Positions 50,101 to 64,000 of a DNA stretch of 64,000 nucleotides are shown in pieces. Every line of letters begins with the position of its first letter. Position 1 is the stretch's first letter. The stretch comes from Yuukianura sp. NJ FZ-2021 (taxonomy: Eukaryota): assembly GCA_046563655.1 (NCBI GenBank), contig CM102286.1:4898001-4962000 (forward strand), read 5' to 3'. The translations under genes and the position numbers were made by a program. The notes under the pieces were generated by a model. It was not told where the DNA came from. It worked only from the letters and a program-made list of their open reading frames with translations, and searched no databases.

Positions 50101-53100
50101 TGAGAATTTTGAACATGAAAATAGTAATGTTTGGAAAAGCTGTATCGTGTTTCAATTTTTGAAACAAAGAGCTAAAGCTACCTCAAACTTTTGGTTATTA
50201 AAAAGTAAAGTTTTGTTATTAAATTTTCTTTTCTATTATCCCTGGGTTGCCATTATGTCAAAGCATGTTTACTATGCCAGTATGTCATTTATATATTGTA
50301 ACTTAACATGAAATGGACTTCCCGCAGAACATTCTTTTTCTAGCATAGGATTCTTTTTCCTGCTGCGTCCCGTTCCCAATACACAACGTATCATTTCACG
50401 GTCAAAAGAACAATTTGTGCCAGACTCAATAGGTTTTCGTTTACTGGGTGAAAGTTTATGGCTTTTCACTTGCGGTAGAAGCAGAAAAGGGAGAGAAAAC
50501 GCTGAAATGAATTCTTCCACTCCAACAAAATTTCATTTTGTACTGTAAGCTTCTATTTTCTTGAAATTTTGTATTTTTTGAAGAAACTTTAAAAATAGCT
50601 ATAGCTTTCCTGGAAATTGTTTGGAGGCATTCTGTAAGACGCGTAAGCCAACGTTGAGGTAGCGAAGATCATTCAAAGTCAGAAGACTCTGAAACGATTT
50701 TGAGCCCACTTTGTCATTTCCTGCACGTACTTGTTTCCGTTCCTACACATGTCGCCGATCTTTTCAAAATTGCTCAAAAATACACAATTCATGAAGTTCT
50801 CTTGCCTACCTCGCAACATTGTTAAACCTTAAACGTTCCCGCTACAAAAGTTTCTATTAGTCTGTTATTTTGATTCTGCTTAAAAGGCAATTATTTCATT
50901 GGTTAGCAGAAAGGAAAAAGGCGGGCAATCAATCTAGTAGTTTTAAATACAACGGCATTCCTTGTCAAATAACTTTCACTTTTTAAACAATTATTGCTTT
51001 GACAGGAGACTTGGAAAGTAAAATATGTGACTTTTAGAATGTCCCTAACAACGCCCGTTACATTCATGGAACGTACTTAATCTTGCTAAAAGCTTCCGCA
51101 TATGACGGCTTTTGGTGCTTAGTGCTTCCTTACAGGAAATAAAACCTCCCTAAAGATGCTTAGTGCACCGACGCAGTCTATAAGCATAAAGGTGGCGTGT
51201 GCTGGGCAAAGACTTCTTAGCCTGTTGAATCATTTTTGTTAAGTAAGTGTTTGCTATGGAAAAAAGTTTCCTTGTGACGTCTGTACGAGAAAGCGGAGAA
51301 AGCTGATGCCCCAGGAGATTTTTTTAATGAGGCAGTTGAAAAATTAAATTTCAATATTTAAAAGCTCACCCATGTAGCAGACTGCTGAAAAGGTGTTCAA
51401 AGCACTTGAAAGACTTTTGAAAAACAACTTAACTATCAAAGTAAATGTTGCAATTCAAGAGAAATCAAATGGAATTACCAGCACGGGCCAAAAGTTGATA
51501 CTGTAGTTTAATTTTGTTTTTACTTTCCTTTCGCTTTTGGATAAAACATTAATTTAATCCTGTGTTTTTGCAAACTCTTCAGTTTTCAAAAATTAGCTTT
51601 TCTAATTTTGCATTTCAAGTAAAAACTAAATTAGTCTCTCCACGGTAAAGTCCTTTTGAAATATTGAAACTATCGTAGCTTTGGCGGGATTCTGGCGCTT
51701 TCTCAATAATTGACCGAAACTGAGAAAAACACCGCACTATGAAAACGGCTTTGCTGCTTTCTAAAGTTTTAGAAATGAACAATCATCTGTCACAGCCTTG
51801 TACTTGTGCACAAGAAGTGGTTTATGCTTTTGATTACCAAAGTGGACTGACTATAACGACAATGAACAGGGTGGGAAATGGCTCTCTTTTGTTTCTTTCA
51901 AAATGAAAAGTTCTTAATTCAAAAGCAAACAAGCGGAAAGTGGAGGCGGGGAATTTGTCTTTGTTAAAGCAAAATGAATTTATACTCTACATTATCACAA
52001 TCGAAGGAAAAGGAAAACAGCGAGCGGCGTTGCTTACACTTAGCAGGGACAAAAGGAAAGTTACTACTTGGGAACTTTTGCGGAGCGAGGACGTGCAAAA
52101 CCTTGTTGACTTCAAAAACATCCATTCTGCCCGGGAACTTGAGAATGGGCTTTTAAGATATTGGGGTCAATGTAACAATGGGAAAATGGAAGAAGATTGT
52201 GCGTTTATGTCAGTTCCATACACTGGCGTCTTTATAGTTTACTTAAGTTTGGTGCTTTTTTAAGCCGCTGTTTTCCGCACGGTTGCTAATCAATCCAGTA
52301 CTGCTACTCAAGCAGACCAATTATTTTTCTAGACACTTGGTTGGAGCCGTGGCCGTAAACTGTGACCTTTGAAATCACGACCACTTTTAATGAAACTTTG
52401 TTCATGTTGGCGTCATCTGTCAATGTTTAGCCGCCGTAGGTTTGAATAACATATTGGAACTTTCTAATTTGGAAATGGTTCAAAGTCGTCACTGGCTTGA
52501 ACAAATTTAATAAGGAACATCAAATACAGAAGAAAGTCACCAACGTAGATAAAAGTTAGTACTTGGATGATGGCATTTTTGGATTCCACCAGTTTTTCAG
52601 AACTTCATCTTCAGGTTAACAAAAGAATAGGGAAAAGCGTTTCTGCATTTAGAGTCTTCTCGGGTAGTTGAAATTAGAATTCAAGCTGGTTTTTTAATTA
52701 TCTTTTGTCGTACCGACCCGTATCTCACATACTCAAAAAAAAAAAGAGAGAGAGAAAGTAGTTGCAGATTATAAAAATTTTAGGACTGGTGACTTTCTTT
52801 TGATGCTTTTTCAGATTGAATTCTTTTTTTCTGCTGAATGCTGGCTCGCTAAAAGCGCATTTAAACTACAAAGCATGACTTAAGTACGTATTTTAAGTTT
52901 TAATCTTTTTTAGTTCTGGAACTCTCCTTTTCAAAACAATTAATTAAAAACTCGCCTTTGGCGGTGTATATCGGAAAGTAATGGATTTTGGCTTAAGCAA
53001 ATGCAAGATCACAATTTTACAAATTAGAAGCCGAAATTAGTCTTTTGTAACCTTACCGAATTGAATTTGGCTCTTCGCTGCGCTGTGAAGCCATTAAAAG

Positions 53101-56100
53101 TTTAGGAACAAACCAAAAACAAAAGCTGCTTAAGCTCAGGTCGACCTTTAGTAATGAGCTTAGTTTTTGTTCGTGATGAAATAATAGCACAATGGGTGCG
53201 GTGAATTACTTACGCCGAATTTAGCCAACCACAAATGAAAACGAAGCTAATTCGAACTTTGTAATGAAAAAGTGAATTGAAGCGGAAACGAAAATCACCA
53301 AAAAACAATAGCATGCGAAAGATGCTTGAATTAGTATATATTAAAGCTGATGCTTACGCTGAAGAGTGCAAACGGTGAGGATGTATGAACTGGCGATTAT
53401 GATCAATGGAACAATGAAAGTGAACAGGAGCGTGAAGAAGGTGTAGAGATGTTCCTGCCACTCCGCCGTGTAAACACCGTGCGTCACACACTGGTAAAAC
53501 GGTTCTCTGAACGGCCCTCTCTGCACGTCAAACACAAGAATCTGAAAAGAAAATCGAATGATAGACTCGGAAAAGAAAAGTTTGAGATTTAAAATGTCAA
53601 ACAAAATGAAATTGTTCTGCCAAAAAAGTTTTCCTCTTTCTTTTAGCATGAACTATTTCAAATTTCAAATACTGTCTGCCAAAAAAATAACTTTCACTCA
53701 CAAAAAGTGAAAACCAAAAAACAGTAATTTAATATCCCCGCAAACTGTTACAGACAGACAAAATACGTTTGTATGCTTTTTGTTGGCATGAATAGTCAGA
53801 AAAAATAGTTTTCTAGCCACAAGCCTTTGAGAGAAAGTTCGCTGTATCCTATACTATCATAGGTTTTATCTTGATGGAGAAGCGTCAGCTTCTCAAGCTT
53901 CTAGCAGGAATTGATTTTCTACGTGTTTTTGTGCCGGAGCCGTTTTTGCAATAAAGCTAAAAGTTCTTGTCATCCTGTAGAGCAGTGATTTAATTTAATT
54001 AGCCTCAAGCTTTCACTCGGGCGAAAAAAGAATTCCCTGATGAAGTGAATTCCATTGAAGCCAGAAAGTTTTCCAACTTTCCTCAAGAGGCAACTCAACT
54101 TCAACTTATTTTGCTTAACGTGCTGTTTGTTCGCGGTTTTTTCTCCGCTGCCTCCGAGTTACACAATTTCTATTTCCACACAATGTCGTGAGATCTACTC
54201 AAAATGGAAATGAATTCATTTTTTGTCGAAATGTTTTGTTGAATTTCATTAAAAACTGCTAGTAGTAAACAAAATTGGTCATAAAAAAAGAATTGGACCG
54301 AAATTTTCAACGTATTCCATCGAGAGTTCTCATAATACTTGAGTTGTTTCGTTTACTTTTTCGACTGAAAAAAGTAACTCGCTGCAAAAAAAAAACCCTT
54401 GTTACCAATTCCAGCCCTTTTAAAAAGTTATTCAACTCAAGTCAACGACACTTGTAAGAACTCAAATTACAAATAATATTTTGAAGCTAGTTAACAAGGG
54501 ATGTCTTGGGCTAGGTTATTTGGGTTTGTGTTTTCAAATGAATGAGGCGAGTACTTCCTTGTCTAATCTTGAAAGAATTCTTCATTACCGCGAAGAGTCG
54601 CAAAACGTCAACAAAGGAAACAATTTGTCTCTCCACGGAGGCATTCTGTAATTTAATTCAATTTCCGGATCAACGACTTTCTCTAACGAGCCACTTGAAT
54701 CTTCATCCTGTCACCAATTACCACTTTCTAGTTTTTAGACACTTCGGGAAAACCGGAAAACTTTTTGAACAAACTGTAATTTACCTATGTACAAAATCTG
54801 TATGATGAAAAAAATTGAACACTGCCCAAAAATCTTGACATTTAAAGTAGCAGACAGCAATTAAGCTGTCTGCTATTAAGACATTAAGCAAGACAGCAAT
54901 GGGTCATATTGTCAATCCAAAATAATTGCCCCAAAAACTGGAAAAATATCAAAACAAAAATTTAAAGATAAAAAATTTAAAAGGCCGATAATAATTGTGG
55001 AAGTGCCATATTTCGCCATATTGAGAAAAATGGGTTAAATTAGGGAGTGTATTTAATATTTCTTGAATTTGAAATTTTTGGAGCATTATGAGCTGCAGGA
55101 TCAGTGTGTAGAGGAAAATTGTGAAAGCAATAATTTGTACCATTAAGCATTGCTAATAAAAACGCAAGTTTCGCTAAATCATTTTAAGCATTTTATGAAA
55201 AAGACTACAATTCAGAGTACAGTTGGATAGCATGACAGTAAAATGCGGCATTTCTGAGAAATGCATAAAGTCTGTCTAGGATAATTTTTGTTGAGGCGGT
55301 TTCTAAGAAAATCTGGAGTGGCCCATTGAGCCCATTATGAAAACTTTTCAATATGGTTGAACAAACTTTCCTTCTCAAAATGCAGCATAATCGTTGTAGC
55401 AGGCACAACCTTAAACATAAATTAGGCTCAAACTTTGACAGCATAACTTGCCAGTTCATTAAAGAAAGTTTGTATCCTGCAATTTTCTTTACTACAAAAA
55501 CGAATTTTCTGCATAGTTTCTTTTTACCGCCGGAGTCTATAAAACTTATTACACTTTACTGAACTTTCTAATTTTGTTCATTGCATCATTCAAAAATTCT
55601 AACCCCATTGGAACTTTGTACTTTTCGGACGAAACATAGGGCTTCGTTCGATTTCAAAACCATAATTATATTATAGTTACCTGGGGAAAGCTCAAAATGG
55701 CACTCAAAACCCAGCAGATCGATACAAATTTGAAGCACAACCCATTTGACCGTGACTTCAGTGGATATTTGACGGCTGAAATATACACAAAGTTCGTGCA
55801 AACATTAAGTCCGAGACAAGAAAAAAGTTGCAACACCGTTATTGCAACATTGTCATATACCTGGAATTTCTTCTTCTCGAACTCTACTAATTAAATATTT
55901 GCAAACAAAAAACAAAAAATTACCACCTTTTCAGTTCTTTTGTGTAAGAAAAACGAAAAACCAAAACACATTTTACTCACAAAGGTAAGAAAAACAGCTA
56001 ACCGTAATTATATAAACTACGAATTTAATTTTCCTGGCTTTTTGCATTGTAGACTTACCTACGTATCGATCGACTCCGATGAGGACCATGATGTACGCAG

Positions 56101-59100
56101 ACAAATAGAGACTGAACATTTGCGCAAATTTGAACGCCTTGCATCCAATGACGCCCACCTTCCACTCTACTGTCAAATGCCTACAGAACAAAAGGAAAGT
56201 TATGAAGCATTTTGACGCATCACCAGATTTCTCCGTTTGTTTTCCACATCCGGAAATGACAGTTTTTGACTAACTGCGAACATTATGACAGCTGCCTTGT
56301 CCTTTTAGAAAAAAGAAACTCTTTTTTGCTTTTTTTTTCTTCTTTTAGTTCATCTCTGTGCGAAGGGTCCTGAAGCTACATAAACCTTCCAGAATTGTAT
56401 AAAAGTTGTGGAAAATAAACACAAGACATGAGAAAATGTCGGAGACAATGATGTGCTCAAAACGAAACAACAAGATTTCTTAGACCATAGTCGTAATTGC
56501 TGTAAGGCAGAGTTGAGTGAAAATTGATAGCACACAAAGTTATCTGGTTTCGCTAAATAAATAGACAAAACCTGCCGTTGACTCTTAACAGTTCCAGTGG
56601 TTCTGGTTCTGACGCTTTTCGAAATGGTAATGGGGGTTCTAGCATTTTGAAATTTGAGTTTAAATTGAATACTTTCTCTTTTCGCGCCAAAGCTGTGCCA
56701 CCATTTTGTAAGACATGCTTTTACTGCCTGTATCAAAGGAATTATTTTTTAATGCCGGCGACAACGACGGATTTTGTGCCCTGTTAAAATTTTGTGTCAG
56801 CGGTTGAAGTAAACCACCATAAGTCGGTAGAATACAAACTTTATAAGCGAGCATGCACTGCTTACAAAGTTAAAGCCTTTCATTGTATTCTTCCATTACC
56901 ATTGTTTCCAGCATGCTGAACAGGGTACATTTACGGAAAAGCAAATTAGTGAAGGGGGTGCGTGCTGAAGTTGACTTCAACCTGCCCGAAATATAATGCA
57001 AACAAATTTTTTTAAATGTCAAAAATTTACCAAATGGCTTCTCCAACGATACACCAGAATGTCACGAAGAGATCAGCGATTGAGAGATGGAACAAGAGAG
57101 AGTATATGTGAACATGGCGTCTGCGCTTTGACTTGTGTATGCTGTACATTGTTGCCAAGTTTCCAACAAGCGAAAACAGGGCCATGACGGACAGGACGAA
57201 GCTCTTTAGGATTTTGGAATTGTCCAGAACAGGTTTATGTGGAAGATCCTTCATCGCGGCTTCTGTAAATTCTCCAGTGAATAGGGCTTCATATTGTTGT
57301 TCAGAGAATAATTCATTCTAAAATAAAAATTTCACAGCAGATTTTAAAAATTAATTTTAAGCTTAGATTTTTCAATGCCATTTTTTTTTGCTCATATTCT
57401 CCACACCCGGATTTATAATTACAAAAACAAATATCACATCACAATGCTAAATCTTTTCCAGTTCTGTTTTCAATTTAAGTTTTGAAGTTAGAATTTTGGA
57501 GTTCCCACTCACTGCCAAGTATGAGAATTTTCCCATAAGAATAAACATATTTACCTCTTCAACCTTGACAAAAAACCTTCCTATTATCCTTTAGACGATC
57601 AATTTTCTTTCGGAATTGTTCATCCAGAATTTAGATGAGATTGATAATACTTTTCCAAATTGAACAATAAATTTCATTTTGAAACATTTATGCTACACAT
57701 TTTTGTGTGAAATTTTCCGGACTCCTGTTGTGTTCATGCTCAACCTACAGAGCATTATCGAACAAAATTTGCTCTTGGCGAAAACAAAGGTTACGTGTGC
57801 AAACAAAACAAGAATTTTCTATTCTCTTAAGTTATTTTCCAAATTTTCCTTTCAATACCAATGGTATTTTTCCATTTAATTTGAAAACACTGAGGAAGAG
57901 AAATTGGGAATGTCTCACGCGAGACGGACTGATTTCTGTCGGGTGGAGTTCACATGGTGTGTGCAATAAATTTCCCATATCATCCCTTCACATTTATTTA
58001 TTTACTTTTTATAATTATATCAAAAGCTACCAAATGTATCCGCTTGTTTTCTTTAACTCAAATGCAGCTCTCAAAGGAATAAAGCGTTCAAGTCATGTGA
58101 ATCAAATTCAAAATCTTGGGCAAAACTCATTTGCTTTTAGTGTTATGCTTATAGCCTCCACGTGTTTAATATTTCTCAACAACTTATCTATCAGTACTTC
58201 AATCCTTATTAAAATCCGTCTTCGAATTGATGTAAAAGTGAAAAACATGTTTGTCGTTAAAGCCTTTTTATTTCACAAGATTGGTAAATGAGTTGGGGAA
58301 TTCAAATGTCCAAGTTAGACCAAAGTGAATCTAATAGACAATGAGCTAATAACAATAAAGACGATAGAATTATAAACAAGATCAACACAGAATTAAGAAA
58401 AGCATGAAAATTGTTTAATTTAAAAAAATTCGAAGGGCAAGGTAGGAAATCTGCAGTACAGAATGCATTATAAAGCTGTTTTTTCTTAAAATGCACTCGA
58501 CACAGGTAGGAAAAAAAGACTATAACTAAGGTCACACAAAAATTGCAACGAGAAATTCAATTGTTTATAATTAATACAAACTGTTTACAGGAATTTCATA
58601 ATAAATAGTAATTTTTAGACAATGTCTTCTGATAGAAAAAAAAACTGTTGTATTTGACTCGGTATTAAATTAGACAGAATCAATTCGTCGAAAACTCAAA
58701 AACTCAACAACAAACGACTTTTTGAAGCCCTTATAACTTGAATTGAGCAAATTGACTCATTAGCACCGCAAAGGCACGTGAAAAAAATGAGACTTTTTCC
58801 TTTCCATTTTTTTAATTAAAACTTAACCGCACCGCTCTGTTCAGCACCACCACCAATTTGTTTTTGCTGTTGTACGCCTGAATCATACGACAGAAGTCTA
58901 TCATGTAAGTAAAAAACAACTTTTAACACCTTCAGAACCCAATGCGAAATCCTTGTTAGTTAACTATTTTCGAATACTAATACCTCAATTAAAAAACAAG
59001 TAACAAACTCCACCCATATTTCAGTAATCAAGTTTTTCCTAGTTTTTAGACGTTCTCCACACATCAAAACAACTTTCAAAGAGAAATGTAAATAAATTTT

Positions 59101-59151
59101 AAACAAAACTTGTCTTATTACCTCTGAAGAAGAGTCGTTCATGTTGGTCAT
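47148..59151 (-). CDS. CrzR: Corazonin receptor (GnRH/AKH/Crz family class A GPCR)
   Basis: Exons 59151-59122 (tentative first coding exon MTNMNDSSSE), 57317-57031, 56180-56059, 55775-55681, 53541-53358, 48920-48778, 48698-48642, 47614-47496 and 47367-47148. CrzR-typical strings: VMALFSLVGN, IYSLLFHLSIADLFVT.WCIVGEA.W, QMFSLYLS.Y..VLIGVDR, RGPF.E.FYQCVTHG.YTAEWQE, CWTPYY and FFFGMSNS..NPVIYG. Confidence 0.9.
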
Positions 59152-62024
59152 CAAGGACGCCAAGCGCTCAGCCCCAGTTGAAATTTTTAAGCTATACATT
59201 CTACCTCACTTCAAACTACTGCAGTTAAAAGGCAGTCACTGTTATCATTAGTACTTAAACAGAGGTCACGGCTTGGTTTCTAACTGTTGACGATGGATTT
59301 TGTCCATACTTAACAAATTTTCGTACCAAACAACCAAAGTCTTCACACAAAAAAAAACTTGTTTCACACTAAAAATCCACAGTAAAACTGACGAAATGCA
59401 GATCCGTTAGTCAGGAGTCCAAAAACACAGCGTGGGATGACTTATTAGCTGATGAAATGGGTTCCATTGCATCTTCATCACACCTTCACTGAATTCATAA
59501 TTTCTGCTTCCATTTTCGGAGTGGTGCTACCAAGTCTACCGTTATTGTCCTGATTTGTGACTTACTCACTTATGCATTGTTTCTGTCAACCTCATTTCCA
59601 GTTGTATATGAAGGTTTATTAAAATTAGTTGCACTTGTCACTTTGCGTTCAGTTGGGAAATTGTAACGATTGCAAAACTTTGACTTCGTGGTATGAATAA
59701 ATGCTGAGTGAATTTGGGGTACCAAGAGGAGCGTGAAGGCAGAAGCTGTTGATAGCGTCGAGCCTCTTTGCTGAATGAACTCTGGAGAGATCCGATTCGA
59801 AGACAAGTGAAGCAGAATTTGTAAGGGAAAAGCCTACAAAGTTAGGTTAGGCTAGAGCTTTCTTCCGTTAAAACCAAAGTAGGAACAGGGAAAGTCTCTC
59901 CAAACAGTTTCCTAACTTTCTAATGTTTCCTTCAGATACAGGAGCACGAGGAGTCTAACCTGAGTCAATGGCAGAGAAACGATTCCTGAAGAGGTATCAA
60001 CTTACTACTTGCTTGCGGAATTTCCAGACTAAAAATGCAGAATCGTTGTGAATTCAGATCTCGTATTGTGCCGTGGGGGGAACACTCAAAACTGGTTTTT
60101 ACTCTCAGGATGTTATACTATCAATTTTCTGCAAAGTTCCCAAGAAAATTGTCGAGTTGAATCCAAGTTCTTGAGGAGTTTTGGAATGATGAAAAGTTAT
60201 GTTTTGACTTCGTGAATAGTCAGACTCACCTGTCCAGACTCATTTCATGCAATGTCTCAAAAGTTAAAAAAAATTGCGCAATTTTTTGGTATTAAAGTAA
60301 CAGTAATCCGCAGATGTTTGGGATAATAGTCAAGGTTTTTGACCGAACTTAGATATAGTTTTGGATTGAATTCGTTTTAACAGGGCTGCAAAAATTTTAA
60401 ACGGAACGATTGGGTTCAACTACAACTTATCAAAATAACAAAATTTCCAAAACATCAAACATTTTTTTGCACAAAAAATTGCCCAAGTCCAACGACAGGT
60501 TGATTCTGTTTTTTGTACCGACTCCCCACACGATGTTACTGTTAACTTTATTTCCAAGATTTCTATAACTACATTGCCAACAGAAATACATGGATCATTT
60601 TTTGTTTTCTTTTCAAAAGTTTATGCCTTCATTAAAATGTCAACACATATTGGAATTGGTTTACTGAGAAAGTTTGGTTCAACTTTTGTGCAATCATTTT
60701 AAAAGTAAAGTTGTGCAGTGAAAACAAGCACAGCGCCGCTGAACTTGCTTTGGACTTTTGTATCACTTTGCTAACAAAGTTTTTGCGTCTTTTCATAACA
60801 TAACAAATGCGGTTTGCCTACATTCCTAAATTAAATTTTGTACGCCCATTCTTCATTAAAAATTTAATCCGAAATTGGGTTGTAAAAGGAATCATATTAT
60901 TTCTTTCAAGTCGAAACTAATTTATACTTACAAAGAGGACCTTATTAAGTAGCAGAGACTTAAAAACCAATAGAGGTTTCGTGTTCAAGAGAACTTGTTA
61001 GTAGCCATTGTATAAGTTCTAGGCCAACTCTAGAACCTTTTCTATGTTTTCCATTTTGCTACACGTCAGGATATAAACGAAAATAAATTAGATTCTCCCG
61101 TTCTTAGGAATTGAATTTTCTCGGTTTAAATCAAATTGTTAAGTCGGAAACAAAAGATGAAGTGAAAGTGCTTTCCTTTGATTCGCGTTGTTACAGTAGA
61201 AGGTCATAAAAGGCACTAAAATTTTTTTTTATGTTTCTTCGGAAACAGTTGTAAAGACAAGAACTACTAGGATTACTTTAAAAGATGAAAAGAGATCAGC
61301 TTAATGCGGCGTAGGTTGTAAACAGATTTCTTAGAAGTTTAGATTTGCTATTAAGCGCCAACTGTTACGTTGGGTGTTTATTACAACTAATATCTGGTCG
61401 AATAAGCAATTTTTACTTTAGTATACAGTTTTTGAAAAGTGACATGAGTATCCAACTGCTGCCTTCAGCTATTTAAGAAACACACGCTTCAATTGTCTTC
61501 TGTTGCGTCATCAACTTTTGAACTGTCTTTTTATTCAAAATAATCCATTCATCCATTCCCTCAGGAATAAAACTTTTCGTCTCCCGAATTCCGAAAAAGT
61601 GAAAGATTTGAGAAAGTTTTTCTTTTCTTTCTTTTAAAAACAACGCCCCCATAAAACTAAAAGCCTATCGAGTTGTCAGCAATAGTTTTATTCATTGTGA
61701 ACTCCACTTCATCCTTTCACGACCAATCAAAATGAGTCTTTGCTGAAACAGGTTTTACTTTGATCGCCAACGACAAACCGACCAGTCCATGTTAAAAAAT
61801 TAGTTGATAAATAATGTTTGATAACTAACGTTTGATTTTAAGAGTGTAGTAATGCAATAAATCTACAGTTCTCACAACAAAATTTCCCGAACTTTTTATT
61901 CAAATGTCGGACTGATTTCCGGATCAATTTCAAGACAATGCTAAAGTGGGTTCGGGCGATTACGATTTAAGATTTAAGGAATTCACTGAATTGACAAATT
62001 TGGAGCGATTTTGCGTAATTTTCC

Positions 62025-62625
62025 GCTTTTCTAGTTATGTAAAGGTGAAGAAAGTGATAAAATGCATTTGAAAATTGCTGTGGAATACTTTTCTGATCAA
62101 AAGCATGGAGTTTCCAATCCGCATTTCCAATCTTCGGCGGAATCGGAGTATTTTCTTGAGTCTCTTAGTTTCTGAAATTGATTGCTAGAGAGCTACACAT
62201 TTTCCATTTGTTTAATATCACCCCAGAAGCCTAATTAATTTCTGCAAAAAGCGGGAACATGTAACCAAGCAACATAACTCCAAGGAGCATTAATAATTGA
62301 TTCTTCTGGAACTGGAAGAAAAGAAAAGCTCCGGCCTCGGTTCCTGAGAATATGATAATAGCAGTTATAACATATGACAGACAATCCAGCGGCGAAGAAG
62401 AGACTTAATGATACTTTCCGAAATGAAATGCCAGCTTCTGAAGCAGAAAAGTACCAAATGTGATGTATGTGCAACGTGGAATGCCTTCAAATAGGGAAAT
62501 TTTGCACAAAAGTAATCGAAATCCTGAAAAAGTTGGAGAGTGACCTCACAAACTTCTGTGTGAACGTTAAAATAATGCTGCAAAAATAGAAGCAGATCTC
62601 TTATGTGACTTTTACTAAAACCCAT
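62025..62625 (-). pseudogene. Decayed tandem paralog of the neighbouring chemoreceptor-like gene
   Basis: 62025-62285 aligns with 63250-63510 (GVMLLGYMFPLFAEIN vs GVMLLGYLFPLFAEIN). An in-frame TAG replaces the Asp codon and a frameshift follows. The upstream part is fragmented and apparently internally deleted. Confidence 0.75.
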
Positions 62626-63244
62626 TTTCGAGACAAGTGAAAGCTAGAACTAACTGAACGAGAAGAAGAACCTAATACAGAAAGTTAGGTTATAAGTTTA
62701 TAAAATGTTACCCTTGAAAATTTGGAAGTATTTTGAAACCATGATTTGCAAAAAAAAATTATTTAGCAATTTTTGTTAAACTCGACAGTCAATGCAATTT
62801 CCATGTTCCTGATAAAACTAGTCGAATATTCTTAAAATCTTATTATCTCTGACATTATCAAATCTAAATCCTTAGCCACTGCTTTGATAAGTCCAATAAG
62901 TGTAGCCAGTTTCATTTTGGACAATTTCATTCAACATGTCATTCATTTCTAATTTCCGAATCCAATCCCACGAAGTTTGACTAACGATAAGTTATTAGCA
63001 TAACCCAGAGAATATGCGATTTACTTTTCGTGTTGCATGACTTTATGTTACCAAGGCCAAATATTTCTACAAAAACCTAAGGAGATAACCGAAAGAAAAC
63101 CACGGAATATGTCATCATTTGTTCAATAAACTTGATTTACTTTGATACCAATAATTCAGCTATACCGCTCAACACTAAAACTAATTGTAAGTGGTAGTAC
63201 GTTCAGTCAACCAAAGTGAAAAAAAAATTTTTTGTATGTTAGTT

Positions 63245-64000
63245 TTACGACTTTCTTGTTAAGTAAAGGCGAAGAGAATGGTAAAATACATTTGAAAATT
63301 GGCGCAGAATGCCTTTTCGATTAAAAGTGTGGAAGTTTCCAGCCCGCATTTCCAATTTTCGACAGGAGCGCAGGATTTTCTTCAACATTTTAGCTTGTGA
63401 AATTGGACGTTCATTGGCTGCAAGTTTCCATTTTTTTAATAACGCTACAGAAGAGTCATTTATTTCTGCAAAAAGCGGGAATAGGTAACCCAGCAACATA
63501 ACTCCAAATGGGACACACATTCCTGCAAGTCCTTTAAGATAAATTGACGCGTGACGGTCTACCAATACGACAGATGCGACGCTAATAAGTATAAGCGTCA
63601 TGTATCGAGCGTTTACCACGGATGATCCAAAGTACAATTCAAATTCTCGGTGTAAAATTTGCATACTTCGGTACGACTGCAACTTCTTATCCATGTTCAA
63701 ATTTCTTTTAAAAAAAGCAAATCAAAATGTATCCTGCTTAAAACCATTTTTTGAATAGTCGTTTTGTGTGTTCTTACCGAAAATTTTCCAAATGCTTTTT
63801 TGTGCAATGACAATACAACATGAACAACGTTGTAATAAGTATCCCAGTTTGATAGACAATTATAGGAGTGAAAGCATCGTATACCGCCAGAACTATTCTG
63901 GGTAGCCAATGATTTTGTCCAGTGATAGTCACAAACAAAGCATTGTGAAATCGAATATCATAGGGATGACTTAAGGCAAATCCAACAAAGAATAAAAAAG
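63245..64000 (-). CDS. Multi-pass membrane protein, divergent gustatory/odorant receptor-like C-terminal half (5'-partial)
   Basis: Exons >64000-63778 and 63704-63245 are joined by a GT-AG intron. It has several hydrophobic helices and a C-terminal LRSCRKLEMRAGNFHTFNRKG...F segment reminiscent of 7TM chemoreceptor C-termini. The family assignment is inference. Confidence 0.6.

Noticed and set aside
54848..54875. 11-bp-stem hairpin TAGCAGACAGC-AATTAA-GCTGTCTGCTA as a Helitron end or terminator
   Set aside because: No CTRR terminus or other element features nearby; an isolated hairpin in a CrzR intron.
57707..58291. 194-aa plus-strand ORF in a CrzR intron
   Set aside because: Non-ATG start, low-complexity AT-rich composition and no motif.
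59570..59806. 78-aa minus-strand ORF upstream of CrzR
   Set aside because: More likely a 5' UTR exon of CrzR (it ends at a GTGAGT/GTAAGT donor); no coding evidence.

Overview
AT-rich, intron-rich eukaryotic genomic DNA from an arthropod. A springtail/basal-hexapod origin is my inference from gene content and is not proven. In order, the window holds: (1) most of a T-type Ca2+ channel gene (Cav3/Ca-alpha1T, EEDD filter, + strand, 938-23162; first exon(s) upstream of the window). It is entered through a U12 AT-AC-type acceptor, and its introns carry an antisense intron-containing tRNA-Met(CAT) trailed by three tandem tRNA-3'-end/B-box repeats, a nested antisense FABP gene and a fold-back element. 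(2) A tandem array of five 3-exon WS/DGAT (HHxxxDG) acyltransferase genes (25342-38657, +) with stepwise N-terminal loss and mosaic sequence. (3) Two adjacent PROPPIN autophagy genes, WDR45B/WIPI3-like and Atg18a/WIPI2-like (- strand). (4) A corazonin receptor gene (- strand). (5) A partial multi-TM chemoreceptor-like gene with a decayed tandem copy. Exon boundaries were read by hand from splice signals and reading-frame continuity; no database searches were run.
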